Below are positions 52,888 through 61,715 of a DNA stretch of 64,000 bases, in pieces. A program made the translations under genes and the position numbers. The DNA comes from a virus. A model generated the notes under the pieces. It had not been told where the DNA came from and did not search any database. It saw only the letters and a list, made by a program, of their open reading frames with translations. The stretch spans positions 1-64,000 of IMG/VR virus record IMGVR_UViG_3300009528_000013; one strand, written 5' to 3'. Within the stretch, counting starts at the first letter, position 1, and the number at the start of each line of letters is the position of its first letter.

Positions 52888-54305
52888 ATTTTGAAAAGGA
52901 CGAAGATTTTGTGCTCAAGTCCGGAGCGATCCCGCAAGTAGCGATCGAGAAGAAGTACGATGGGATCGTCCTGGTGACTTTTTGTTCTGGGGACAAAGTT
53001 AAGATCTTTACGGACAGCGGCAAGTGGGTTGAGAGCAGTCTTCCGGATCTTGTCGACGAGGTTCCAAAAATAAGGGACCGCGTTAAGAATTTCTGTTTGA
53101 TTGGAGAAATGGAATACTGGGTTGGTGGAAAGCATCGTCCCAGAGAAGAGATGGCGGCGCTCCTGCATAAAAAGGAAGTCATCACCAGGAAGACGATTAC
53201 CTATAATGTCTTTGACTGTCTATATTACGACCGGGACATCCATAAGCTCACGAAGAGAGAGCGCCGGGAATTCTTGGAGAAATTCGCGTTTCCGCAATCG
53301 ACGATGGGCGTACCAAGTGAAAGTTTGATTCTCAATCTGACGCCTTCGCTGTATTGTGAGACGCTGAAAGAAGCCGAGTCTGCCCTCCAGAAGTGTCTGA
53401 AGGCCCCTGGTTCAGAAGGCGCGATGATCAAACTTCTCGATACCGCTAGCTCGGGATATAGTATGTCAGGCATGACTTCTGGGGTCTTCAAGCAGAAAAA
53501 GTTCGCCGAAGTTCACTGTCTTGTCGGTCAGGTAAATTCGACGAAGGTTGGGCCGGACACTTTCAATTACGAATTGTATTTGCGATTCCGGCCGTCGGAT
53601 AAGGTTGATCCGAAACGGGTGAAGGAAATCAAAGGCAAGGAATACGTCTACGTCGGACGTAGTTACAATACCAACATCAAGGCTCAGATCGGAACGGTTT
53701 TGACGATGAAGTTTCATACTATGAATTTGTACCACGACGATGAATCAGGTTTCAATCGCCTTCATTTATATGAGCCGATAGTCGTTGAAATTTGGGTTGA
53801 AAAAAAGGAGCCGGATTATTTTTCGATTGCAATTAAGATCGGTCAGACTGTCAATTTGTTAATCGAGAAAGCTTTCACGAAGGCGATGGATTTGTTGTGG
53901 AGAGTGCCCCCCGAAGAAATGAAAAACTGGGTCCCCGGCTATCGCCGGAGCGCAGAATTCGATAGTGGTGTTCTTAAAATGGAGACTGTGCCGGATGAGC
54001 TACGCAAAGGGCGATTTGTCTGGTTTGTCACCGATGAGCCCGAGATAGATGTTGAAAAAATGAATAAGCAACTTAGCATTGAGAAGATGAAGCACCCCTT
54101 TCCGAAGCTCACCAACAAAAAGGTCTCCGATCTTGAGGAGGGCGAGGGTACGTATCCGCGAAAAGGTGGAAGATTACGGGGCGTTAGCGTCGGCAGAGAT
54201 GAGGATGGGTACTACGTTTTCACACATCGGTCGCGATCGAAATCGTATCCTTCTGTGAAAGATATTCCCGATAGGGTGGTTCAGCAGGTCGAATCCACTG
54301 GTTAA
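52884..54305 (+). CDS. ATP-dependent DNA ligase-like protein
   Basis: Motif I EKKYDG, III LIGEME, IIIa YNVFDCLY, RERREFL, IV EGAMIK, V KQKK, OB-like C-terminus. Confidence 0.85.
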   Translation: MNFEKDEDFVLKSGAIPQVAIEKKYDGIVLVTFCSGDKVKIFTDSGKWVESSLPDLVDEVPKIRDRVKNFCLIGEMEYWVGGKHRPREEMAALLHKKEVITRKTITYNVFDCLYYDRDIHKLTKRERREFLEKFAFPQSTMGVPSESLILNLTPSLYCETLKEAESALQKCLKAPGSEGAMIKLLDTASSGYSMSGMTSGVFKQKKFAEVHCLVGQVNSTKVGPDTFNYELYLRFRPSDKVDPKRVKEIKGKEYVYVGRSYNTNIKAQIGTVLTMKFHTMNLYHDDESGFNRLHLYEPIVVEIWVEKKEPDYFSIAIKIGQTVNLLIEKAFTKAMDLLWRVPPEEMKNWVPGYRRSAEFDSGVLKMETVPDELRKGRFVWFVTDEPEIDVEKMNKQLSIEKMKHPFPKLTNKKVSDLEEGEGTYPRKGGRLRGVSVGRDEDGYYVFTHRSRSKSYPSVKDIPDRVVQQVESTG

Positions 54306-54314
54306 GGAGAAGAG

Positions 54315-57300
54315 ATGGGGAGAGTCAAATATCGAGCCAAAATTCTGAAAATCGAGGGGGACAATGTTCACTTCTCCATTCCAACTGAAGTTTTCGCACG
54401 GACAATTCCCGACTTCGAAGGTTTCGATCTAGCTGACCCCTTAACGCTGAAGGCCGATTTTCTTGACATCGAGAAGATATTCTATTTGGGAAGCAAGGGG
54501 AGACTAAAGAATCAATTTGCGAAATTGGTTCCGGAGGATGTCAAAACAATTTTCGATCCAATGTGTGGGACTGCTCTGTTTTTAGCGGAGATGGCGAAGC
54601 AAGGAAAGAGGATCATTGCAAACGATTACTCGACGGCGCCTTTTTATACCGCCCGGGCGATGTTTTTGAAAAATAAGCCGAACGAAGAAGAGTTCAAAGC
54701 ATTTCTTAAATCTGTAAATGAAGTCGAGGGGTACTATTTTCAAAATGCAAAAAAACTCTTTCCAATCCTGGCTGGTAGGAAGCATGCTCAGAAGTTTATA
54801 GATGGATATATCCTTCGGGCGAGGGAGGCGAAGTTTGGACATTACTATCTTGGAGTGTTGTCTGCCTGCCTCTTGAATTGGTTTGGGTCGTTTGGCGGAC
54901 CGTATCGAAAATGGAGTTTTGCAGAATTCAAATCCAAGCTCGGATTTTACGCGAAGCAACTACGTTCTTTCGAAATCGAGGGGACAGTTACCAATTTAGA
55001 CGCCTTGACGATGGAGATTCCCTCGGTCGATATGATTTACTTCGATCCACCGTACTCGGAAAAACTGTTCAAGTACATCACAAAGTTTGGAAAGTTGAAT
55101 GCGATTCTACTTCAGAAGGATTGGGATAAGAAAGAAGTTACCCAGGATCAGGTACAGGCGCTTGCTGAAAAGTTGGCCGGGCATTGCAAATATCTCTTTG
55201 TTTCGACTAGTCCCGCCTGTCCGATCAAATGGAAAGCGCTTTTTGAAAGAACGAAGCGCCAGGCCAGTCAGAAACGCTTCGCTCTGACTGGTTCCGGAGC
55301 AATCGCAGCCAGCTTACCATCAGCACAGCAGAACAAAAGAAGAATGTCGGAGATCCTCTGGGTCTCCGTTCGGAAGTCGGAGGGAGAGGAACAAGAAAAA
55401 GCAGAGATTGAAAAAGCGAAAGCCGATCCCTTTAGCGTTTACCCCGACGAGAGCGGGGACTACAGTTATATGATGCACACTCACGCGAGAGGGCGATCGG
55501 TCCACGCGGATTTGCGAATTCAAAGCCTGGGAAAGGAGTTCTTGGTCGGATGGACCCTAATGATTCAAAGAGAAGGTGCGATCAAAGAACCGATTCTCTC
55601 GATGGGCGATTTGAGAAAGATCAATGCCGATTCTACGAAATACTACAAAATCAATTTGCAGACGGGCGAGTGGGCGGAGAGAGAGAAGAAAAGTACGAAA
55701 CCAGGAACGACAGTTCGAGTCGAATTGGTTGCGACTCGCAAATCTCCGGAACCGAAAAGTTGGATGACATTTGAAGGTGTCGTTAAACCAGGAGTCCTCG
55801 GAGCGACGAAGGAATTTCCCGGGGTATTTGTTATTGTCGATCGGGGGAAGGCGGAGTACCTTTCGCAAAAGCCGTGGCTCCACGAATATTTTTTTGATGG
55901 GAAGGTTCTTAAGAAGGGACGATTCTTTTTCCGTCAGCTTCGAGCCTGGAAGACGAAAAAATCTGATGATGAGCCCGATCAACAGGAGATTCTCGGCAGC
56001 GAAGTGTTGTGGAATCACATAGCGGATCTGAACAGCCGGGCTTTTGCAGTTTTGAAGGGTGAGGGAATGACCGATGAGGAGATCCGGCAATGGATCGAAC
56101 CGCAATTGATTGAGGTCATGAAAGAAATGGGTCTGCCCGCGGAATCGGAAGTTTCAGTCGATGATCCGATGGATAGGGGACTGAAAGAAGAAGATATTCT
56201 GAAAGCTTTCGTCATTCCGCCCGGCAAGGAAGAAGGTCTGGGTCCAGAGCTCGGGTGGCTTTGTATCAATCCCGACGATCAGATTCCTTACGTCCTTTCG
56301 AACCGAGCCATCGAGCAGGGTTTCCTTCCACCGCCGACCATTAGTGCGCTTCCGAAGCATTGGAGAAAACACGTTAAGACGGAAGAAGAGTATTGGACGG
56401 TGAAGGATAAGCCGAAGGCATTCGAAATGCGAAAGGTTTTGGTCAAAAGATGGAAAGAGGAAGGGATCCTGAGTAAAGCTCAGAAGGGGGACCGGGATCC
56501 TTTTGGGAAATCTGTCGAGAAGGAAGCGCCGGTCGAGGTTCTCTGGGTCGGGTCGAGAAGAGACGAATGGGAAGCAATCGAGAAAGCTCGTCATCGCCAT
56601 GACACGTGTATGGAATGCTCTCATAAGCCGGTACTCGAGATTATCTGGGCAAATGGTCACGGGCACGCTTGGTTCTGCTGGCCTTGCTTTGTGAAGTGGC
56701 TTGGGAAGGAGACCAATCCGTGGTCCGGAAAAGGCGATGACGTTGATTATGTGAAGCTCGTCAAAGACGGCGAGGCAGCGAAAAAATTTGCCGACAATCG
56801 GAATCCGAACATTAAAGAGCAACTGGCGGAGTATTTTGCGAGTGAAGAGATCAAAGGTGCTGCTAAAGAGTTTGAAGTTTTTCTTGAACGACTTAAATCC
56901 GAGAAGGATTCCAAACCCGAGTCTGTCGGAGTTTCGAAAGCTGCCGTGACCGAATTTCGATTCACGTATCAGTTTTGGAAGGGTCCGAAGGTTGTCCGGG
57001 AGGGTCCGACACGTGAAAGATTCTTGCTCTGGATCAAAACCGGAGAAAAGTACTTGATTTTTAAGCTGAATGATAATATATTAGAGGCTGACGAGACTGG
57101 CGGAATGATTCGGGAAGATAATTGGGGCAATGAAGAGTACCGGAAGACTGGCTATGTCAAGCCCGGGACTCCCCTGAATCCGACGACGGATACTCCATCG
57201 TTCATTCGACTTTTGGGTTCTGGGAAAGCGATTATGCTGATCGACAAGCCTGAGTTGAAAAAGATTCAGTTTAAGGGCAAGAAACTGAAAGGAGTGTTTC

Positions 57301-57368
57301 TCTTTAAGCGTGCGGAGGATCATTGGTACGTCGAGAGAACGCCAGCAGAGCCTGGCGGTGAGACTTGA
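54315..57368 (+). CDS. polyprotein: N6-adenine DNA methyltransferase + LigD-type 3'-phosphoesterase + Zn finger + degenerate second phosphoesterase-like domain
   Basis: YLGSK, DPMCGT, IANDYS, YFDPPY (Dam/D12-like); MHTHARGRSVHADLR...FEGVVKPG...IVDRG (PE); CMEC...CWPC; second PE-like fold from 56940. Confidence 0.75.
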   Translation: MGRVKYRAKILKIEGDNVHFSIPTEVFARTIPDFEGFDLADPLTLKADFLDIEKIFYLGSKGRLKNQFAKLVPEDVKTIFDPMCGTALFLAEMAKQGKRIIANDYSTAPFYTARAMFLKNKPNEEEFKAFLKSVNEVEGYYFQNAKKLFPILAGRKHAQKFIDGYILRAREAKFGHYYLGVLSACLLNWFGSFGGPYRKWSFAEFKSKLGFYAKQLRSFEIEGTVTNLDALTMEIPSVDMIYFDPPYSEKLFKYITKFGKLNAILLQKDWDKKEVTQDQVQALAEKLAGHCKYLFVSTSPACPIKWKALFERTKRQASQKRFALTGSGAIAASLPSAQQNKRRMSEILWVSVRKSEGEEQEKAEIEKAKADPFSVYPDESGDYSYMMHTHARGRSVHADLRIQSLGKEFLVGWTLMIQREGAIKEPILSMGDLRKINADSTKYYKINLQTGEWAEREKKSTKPGTTVRVELVATRKSPEPKSWMTFEGVVKPGVLGATKEFPGVFVIVDRGKAEYLSQKPWLHEYFFDGKVLKKGRFFFRQLRAWKTKKSDDEPDQQEILGSEVLWNHIADLNSRAFAVLKGEGMTDEEIRQWIEPQLIEVMKEMGLPAESEVSVDDPMDRGLKEEDILKAFVIPPGKEEGLGPELGWLCINPDDQIPYVLSNRAIEQGFLPPPTISALPKHWRKHVKTEEEYWTVKDKPKAFEMRKVLVKRWKEEGILSKAQKGDRDPFGKSVEKEAPVEVLWVGSRRDEWEAIEKARHRHDTCMECSHKPVLEIIWANGHGHAWFCWPCFVKWLGKETNPWSGKGDDVDYVKLVKDGEAAKKFADNRNPNIKEQLAEYFASEEIKGAAKEFEVFLERLKSEKDSKPESVGVSKAAVTEFRFTYQFWKGPKVVREGPTRERFLLWIKTGEKYLIFKLNDNILEADETGGMIREDNWGNEEYRKTGYVKPGTPLNPTTDTPSFIRLLGSGKAIMLIDKPELKKIQFKGKKLKGVFLFKRAEDHWYVERTPAEPGGET

Positions 57369-57381
57369 GGAGGTTTTGAGA

Positions 57382-58803
57382 GTGGACAAGAAGCTGATTC
57401 AGAAAAACTTATCGTTTAAGGACCCGATTCAGAAGGACCACTACAAGGAGTACGAAAAAGAAGGAAAGTGGTACGTCGAAGCCCTTGCTTCGACCGATGA
57501 AATCGACAGTGAAAACTTTAGGATGACTAAGCCTGCTTTGGAGGACTTGGTTAGGGATGCTCGCGTCTTAACCACTGTTCTCCATAATCATCTGAAAGAT
57601 GAAGAGATCGGAGCAATCGAGGAGGCAAAGGTCGTCTTGGTTCAAAAAGAACCGGAGATTTGGGGTGCATGGCTTAAAATTCTGATTTCGAAGACTGTTC
57701 CTGATATCTGGCAGAAGATCAAAGAGAAGGTTCTGAATAAGCTTTCGATCAAGGGGATAGCTGAGTCGCGCTCGACGCAGGACAAACGCCGAGGGATTAT
57801 CGAGGAGGCAATTGCTTACGAAGGTGCCGAGGTCTCGATAGTTTCAGTCCCGACGCTGAAGACTGCTGAAATCCTGTCTTACTATGTCGAGAAAATGAAG
57901 AGGAACGGAGGAGGACTTCCAATGGAAATCAAGGATCTGGAGAAGATCGGCTTAGGTCCTGCGAAAGAGGCGATCCGGGATCTGCTTGGGCTCACGGCAG
58001 AGGATGAGCAATGGGGCAATATCGAGAAGATCATGGATCTGATCGAGGTCGAGGTCAAGAAAGACGAGGGCGGTGGCGAGGAGGAGGTTGAGAACGACCT
58101 GAAGAGTCAGATCGGGAAGGTTCTGACTGCCCTGAAGAATCTGCGTGGCCAAGTGGAAGGGGGTACCCAGAAGCTCGTTGACGACGTGATCGCCTTGGTC
58201 GAAGCTGTGGAAACAAAATATCCTGCCCCACAGCAGAAGTCGAAAGAGGAAGAGGACGCTGTGAGGATAGCCGCGGAGAAGGCCATAAAGGATGCAAAGG
58301 ACGCCGCACTTCAGAAGTCCAGGGAGATCGCTGCGGGGATGACAGAAGGCCTGGAGAAGCAAATCGCCGATCTTCCCGAAGCAGATCGTGGCCCTCTCAC
58401 TGCTGTTCTCAATACGCTGAAGGAGCTTTCAAAAGCGGTTGAGAAGGGAGAGGGAGAGAAGAAGGAGAAGGGGAAAGGGGGGGAGGAGAAGAAAAAGTCC
58501 ACCGACGAGGTCGTCAATGCCATCGAGGAGACTCTGCAGGAGGTTCAAAAGAGCGTTAAGGACGCCGCCTCCCAGATCGAGAGCGATCGGCTCGTTGAGA
58601 TGGCCGAGCAGGTGGTCACAATGAAGACGGAAGTGGAAAAACTTTCGCAAGTAATGTCAAAGCTTCCCATTCGAAAGGGTTTGACGAGAGAAGGGGAGCG
58701 GCGAGATCAGGAGAAGAAGCCTTTCACCGAGGATAAGGCGTATCAGGACTTGGAGCCTCGGGATAAGCTCGGGTTCCTGTTTGGGAAGTTGGAGGGGAAG
58801 TAG
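57382..58803 (+). CDS. HK97-type prohead protease fused to acidic coiled-coil scaffolding domain
   Basis: EALAST..D, VLHNH...IG, KLSIKG, EVSIVSVP; start refined to GTG 57382 after AGGAGG. Confidence 0.85.
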   Translation: MDKKLIQKNLSFKDPIQKDHYKEYEKEGKWYVEALASTDEIDSENFRMTKPALEDLVRDARVLTTVLHNHLKDEEIGAIEEAKVVLVQKEPEIWGAWLKILISKTVPDIWQKIKEKVLNKLSIKGIAESRSTQDKRRGIIEEAIAYEGAEVSIVSVPTLKTAEILSYYVEKMKRNGGGLPMEIKDLEKIGLGPAKEAIRDLLGLTAEDEQWGNIEKIMDLIEVEVKKDEGGGEEEVENDLKSQIGKVLTALKNLRGQVEGGTQKLVDDVIALVEAVETKYPAPQQKSKEEEDAVRIAAEKAIKDAKDAALQKSREIAAGMTEGLEKQIADLPEADRGPLTAVLNTLKELSKAVEKGEGEKKEKGKGGEEKKKSTDEVVNAIEETLQEVQKSVKDAASQIESDRLVEMAEQVVTMKTEVEKLSQVMSKLPIRKGLTREGERRDQEKKPFTEDKAYQDLEPRDKLGFLFGKLEGK

Positions 58804-58878
58804 CGCGGATATGCGTTTCTCCCCGTCAGTCAGTTATTTTCAGAAGTAACTCACAACAATCGATAGGAGTCTGGTGAG

Positions 58879-60024
58879 ATGGATCAGATCGAGAAAGCGT
58901 TGAAGTTAAGCGATGTCGATGTCTTGGTTCCAAAAGAGATCGACAGGGTGATCCAACACCTGGCAACATTCGACAATCCGATTCGCGCGAACATGCCCAG
59001 ACGGACAGGTTCGGGCAAATCCTGGATTCTCGTGCAGAGGACTCCTGCTACTGACAATAAGATTGCCTTCTACAGCCCCGATACGAAGACATTTACCACC
59101 GGCGGAAAGGGCACCTACGCCGATCAGGAATTCACGTATCGGACCATTGGCGTCAACGGTGAGATCATGCGTACCGCAGTTCTCGCCACCAAGGATCAGC
59201 TTGATCTGAAGACCGAGGAGATTGAACAGAGGATTCTGGAGTTCAAGAACAAGGAAGAGTGGTGCATGATCTGGGCGAAGCATTTCGCGGCTCCGAACGA
59301 GAATTACGAGTACGACGGGATCGACACGTTGATCACCGACGCTCGGACTCTTCGGATAGCGAATACCGCGGTCGGGGCGGCACTCACTCTCGCCAAGATG
59401 GATGAGTTCATCGACAAGTGCGCACCGTTTAAGCCGAAGATGCTGATTATGTCGTTGGCTGCTCGGCGTCAGTTGTCGAGCGCACTTCAGCCGCAGCAGA
59501 TGTTCCTGGACATGATGGACGTGAAGGGCGGATTCCGGGTACCCTCGTACCTCGAAATTCCGATCTTTACCTCTTCGAATGTCCCGGATACGATCGGTCT
59601 CAATGCTGATGGGTACGCCGCGCAACGGTTGGTGTCAACCTACGTCTCCGGGACTCAGTTCACCATTGTCGGTGATGTGAGTCTGGACTATAAGGTTGGG
59701 GCCACGGTCAACATGGATTGCGGGGCAGACGGCATCATCGCCGCTACCATCTCGGTTGTCTCTTATTCATCGCCGAATACGACGGTGACTATCAGCGCGT
59801 CACTCGCAACGACCAATCTGTTGACCACGATCATCACCGGATCTACGACGACTCTCTTCGCGCTTAACTGGGATTTTCTGTGGGTCGGTGAGCGCCAGAA
59901 GCTGACGTATGAAGAGATCAAGCTTTCGAGTCAGTACACGAGTTTCGACATCTTCGAGGACGTTACCGTCGTGTTGTCGAATCCTCTGCCTCAAGCCAAG
60001 CTGACCGGAGTTAAGATCGGCTAA
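58879..60024 (+). CDS. major capsid protein (HK97 fold) with inserted beta-rich domain
   Basis: Position after protease/scaffold; LVPKEID, IRANMPRR, KEEWCMIW, YDGI, TLAKMDE, GIP-equivalent LEIPIFTS. Confidence 0.85.
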   Translation: MDQIEKALKLSDVDVLVPKEIDRVIQHLATFDNPIRANMPRRTGSGKSWILVQRTPATDNKIAFYSPDTKTFTTGGKGTYADQEFTYRTIGVNGEIMRTAVLATKDQLDLKTEEIEQRILEFKNKEEWCMIWAKHFAAPNENYEYDGIDTLITDARTLRIANTAVGAALTLAKMDEFIDKCAPFKPKMLIMSLAARRQLSSALQPQQMFLDMMDVKGGFRVPSYLEIPIFTSSNVPDTIGLNADGYAAQRLVSTYVSGTQFTIVGDVSLDYKVGATVNMDCGADGIIAATISVVSYSSPNTTVTISASLATTNLLTTIITGSTTTLFALNWDFLWVGERQKLTYEEIKLSSQYTSFDIFEDVTVVLSNPLPQAKLTGVKIG

Positions 60025-60045
60025 GCGCAGGTCCTGAATTTTACT

Positions 60046-60090
60046 GAAGAGACGTTTTGGAAGACGAAACTTCTACGAGTCTCTTCTTTG
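60046..60090 (+). terminator. hairpin after MCP, probable terminator or attenuator
   Basis: GAAGAGAC...GTCTCTTC followed by TTTG. Confidence 0.45.
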
Positions 60091-60103
60091 TGGAGGATTT
60101 GAG

Positions 60104-60577
60104 ATGAGAATGTATTCTGAGAAGTTTTCAAAGATCGCCTGGTTTCAGATTTGGACTTACGATGAAGTCGTAACTGTCGAGAAAGGTTATGCCAAGGTTA
60201 CTCATCCGAATTCGATCATCGCTCTGAAAACGCCTCGGAAGGGGAGTTTCGTGGAAGTGCCGGAAGTACCGGAAGTCCTGCCGGACGCTGAAAACACCGA
60301 AGTTGAGACGGCTGAGACCGAGACGATTGAAGTCGAGACGGCTGAGACCGAGACGGCTGAAGTCGAGACGATTGAAGTCGAGACGATTGAAGTCGAGACG
60401 GCTGAAGGGGAGACGCCAAGTCCCATGACATTTGAGTTGGATGAGTCGCCCGAAGAGAAAAGTGATGATCAGAGTCAAGCCGAACCTCCGACCGAGGAGA
60501 CCGCCTTGACCGTAGAGGATGTCGAGGTACTGGTAACGAGGTCGGGACGCCCCGGGCGAAAGAAAAGGAAGAGGTAA
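60104..60577 (+). CDS. acidic head-associated hypothetical protein with ETAE/ETIEV repeats
   Basis: Low-complexity E/T repeats at ~60295-60405; basic C-terminus. Confidence 0.65.
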   Translation: MRMYSEKFSKIAWFQIWTYDEVVTVEKGYAKVTHPNSIIALKTPRKGSFVEVPEVPEVLPDAENTEVETAETETIEVETAETETAEVETIEVETIEVETAEGETPSPMTFELDESPEEKSDDQSQAEPPTEETALTVEDVEVLVTRSGRPGRKKRKR

Positions 60578-60589
60578 GCGGAGGCGGTA

Positions 60590-61123
60590 ATGGCGATTGT
60601 ATCTCTTGAAGAGGTCATTCAATTCCTAAATATGACAGAGAGCTTCAAATTGACGATGGTTACTGAAGCGATCAATGAACTGATCCCAGATCTTTGCGGA
60701 AGAGTTTTCGATTTAGCTACTTACACCGAGAAAATCTTCTTGCGCTTTCCGAATCTCGTTCTACGTCTCAGTAACTATCCGGTTGTTTCCATAACATCTT
60801 TGACGAATAAGGCCGGAACTACTGTCACACCACTCGATGAAGATCTTGCGGCGGGACTGGTGATGTTGCAAACGGACTACTGGGATGGTATTAGTTCCGA
60901 TGCGACTATTCCGACAGATATTTTCGACATAACATATCCTGCGGGGTATACTACTATCCCAAAGATGTTGAAGATCGCTGCCTTTGCCATTATCGAAGAT
61001 CGGATGGAGATCGGCGATACCAGCATCACGAAACAGAAATTGGACGATCGTTCCTTCGAGCGTAAGCGTGCATTGCCTCCGCTCGCCATAGAGATTTTGG
61101 TACGGTACGGCATGGTGATTTGA
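60590..61123 (+). CDS. head-tail connector (gp6/gp15-like adaptor)
   Basis: VSLEEV..FL, L.NYPV.SITSL, ITYPAGY..IP..LK.AA, LPP....IL.RY. Confidence 0.75.
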   Translation: MAIVSLEEVIQFLNMTESFKLTMVTEAINELIPDLCGRVFDLATYTEKIFLRFPNLVLRLSNYPVVSITSLTNKAGTTVTPLDEDLAAGLVMLQTDYWDGISSDATIPTDIFDITYPAGYTTIPKMLKIAAFAIIEDRMEIGDTSITKQKLDDRSFERKRALPPLAIEILVRYGMVI

Positions 61124-61124
61124 A

Positions 61125-61712
61125 ATGCTGAAGCCCTTTTTTAAGACAAAGATCACGCTTCTCCATCGCCGCTTCGAAATTTACGACGGCCCAGTCCAAA
61201 GCACCCTCCCATTTTCAGCGATACCAGCCGGTTCTTGTCTTGCCTTCACGTTGTCAGAAGCGAAGACCTTGACATTCGATATAACCGGAAAAAAGAATTC
61301 GACACCTGTTTCCGAATCGGTTGCCCTCACAGCAGAAGTTGAGAACCGGGGCTTCCAGCTATTCGATACCTTAGATTCGATTGCAGCGACTGGCGATTTG
61401 GGTGGAAACGTTAAAGTATATCCTTTGCGGGGAGATGGTTCTCCGGCCACCGGATCCGAAACCGGAGAAGATATTTTGGTGGATAAGTCTGCCGATCCTT
61501 ATACAATTTCCGTCGAGGTCCCGGGCGAAGCCCGCGCGCTACGTCAACGGTTTAAGTATTTTTTTCCAAATAGGGATGATATTGTAGAGGGACTTGAATT
61601 TTTAGATAGTGGAGTGAAATATAAAGTTGAATCGGTTGTTCCGATCAGGGGCTTTCCGAATTTCGTTTCGCATTTGAAAGTGGTGGTCAGCCGGGAACCT
61701 TACGAACTCTGA
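61125..61712 (+). CDS. neck protein, C-terminal head-closure-like domain
   Basis: Follows adaptor; KYKVESV.P...HLKVV. Confidence 0.55.
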   Translation: MLKPFFKTKITLLHRRFEIYDGPVQSTLPFSAIPAGSCLAFTLSEAKTLTFDITGKKNSTPVSESVALTAEVENRGFQLFDTLDSIAATGDLGGNVKVYPLRGDGSPATGSETGEDILVDKSADPYTISVEVPGEARALRQRFKYFFPNRDDIVEGLEFLDSGVKYKVESVVPIRGFPNFVSHLKVVVSREPYEL

Positions 61713-61715
61713 GGT

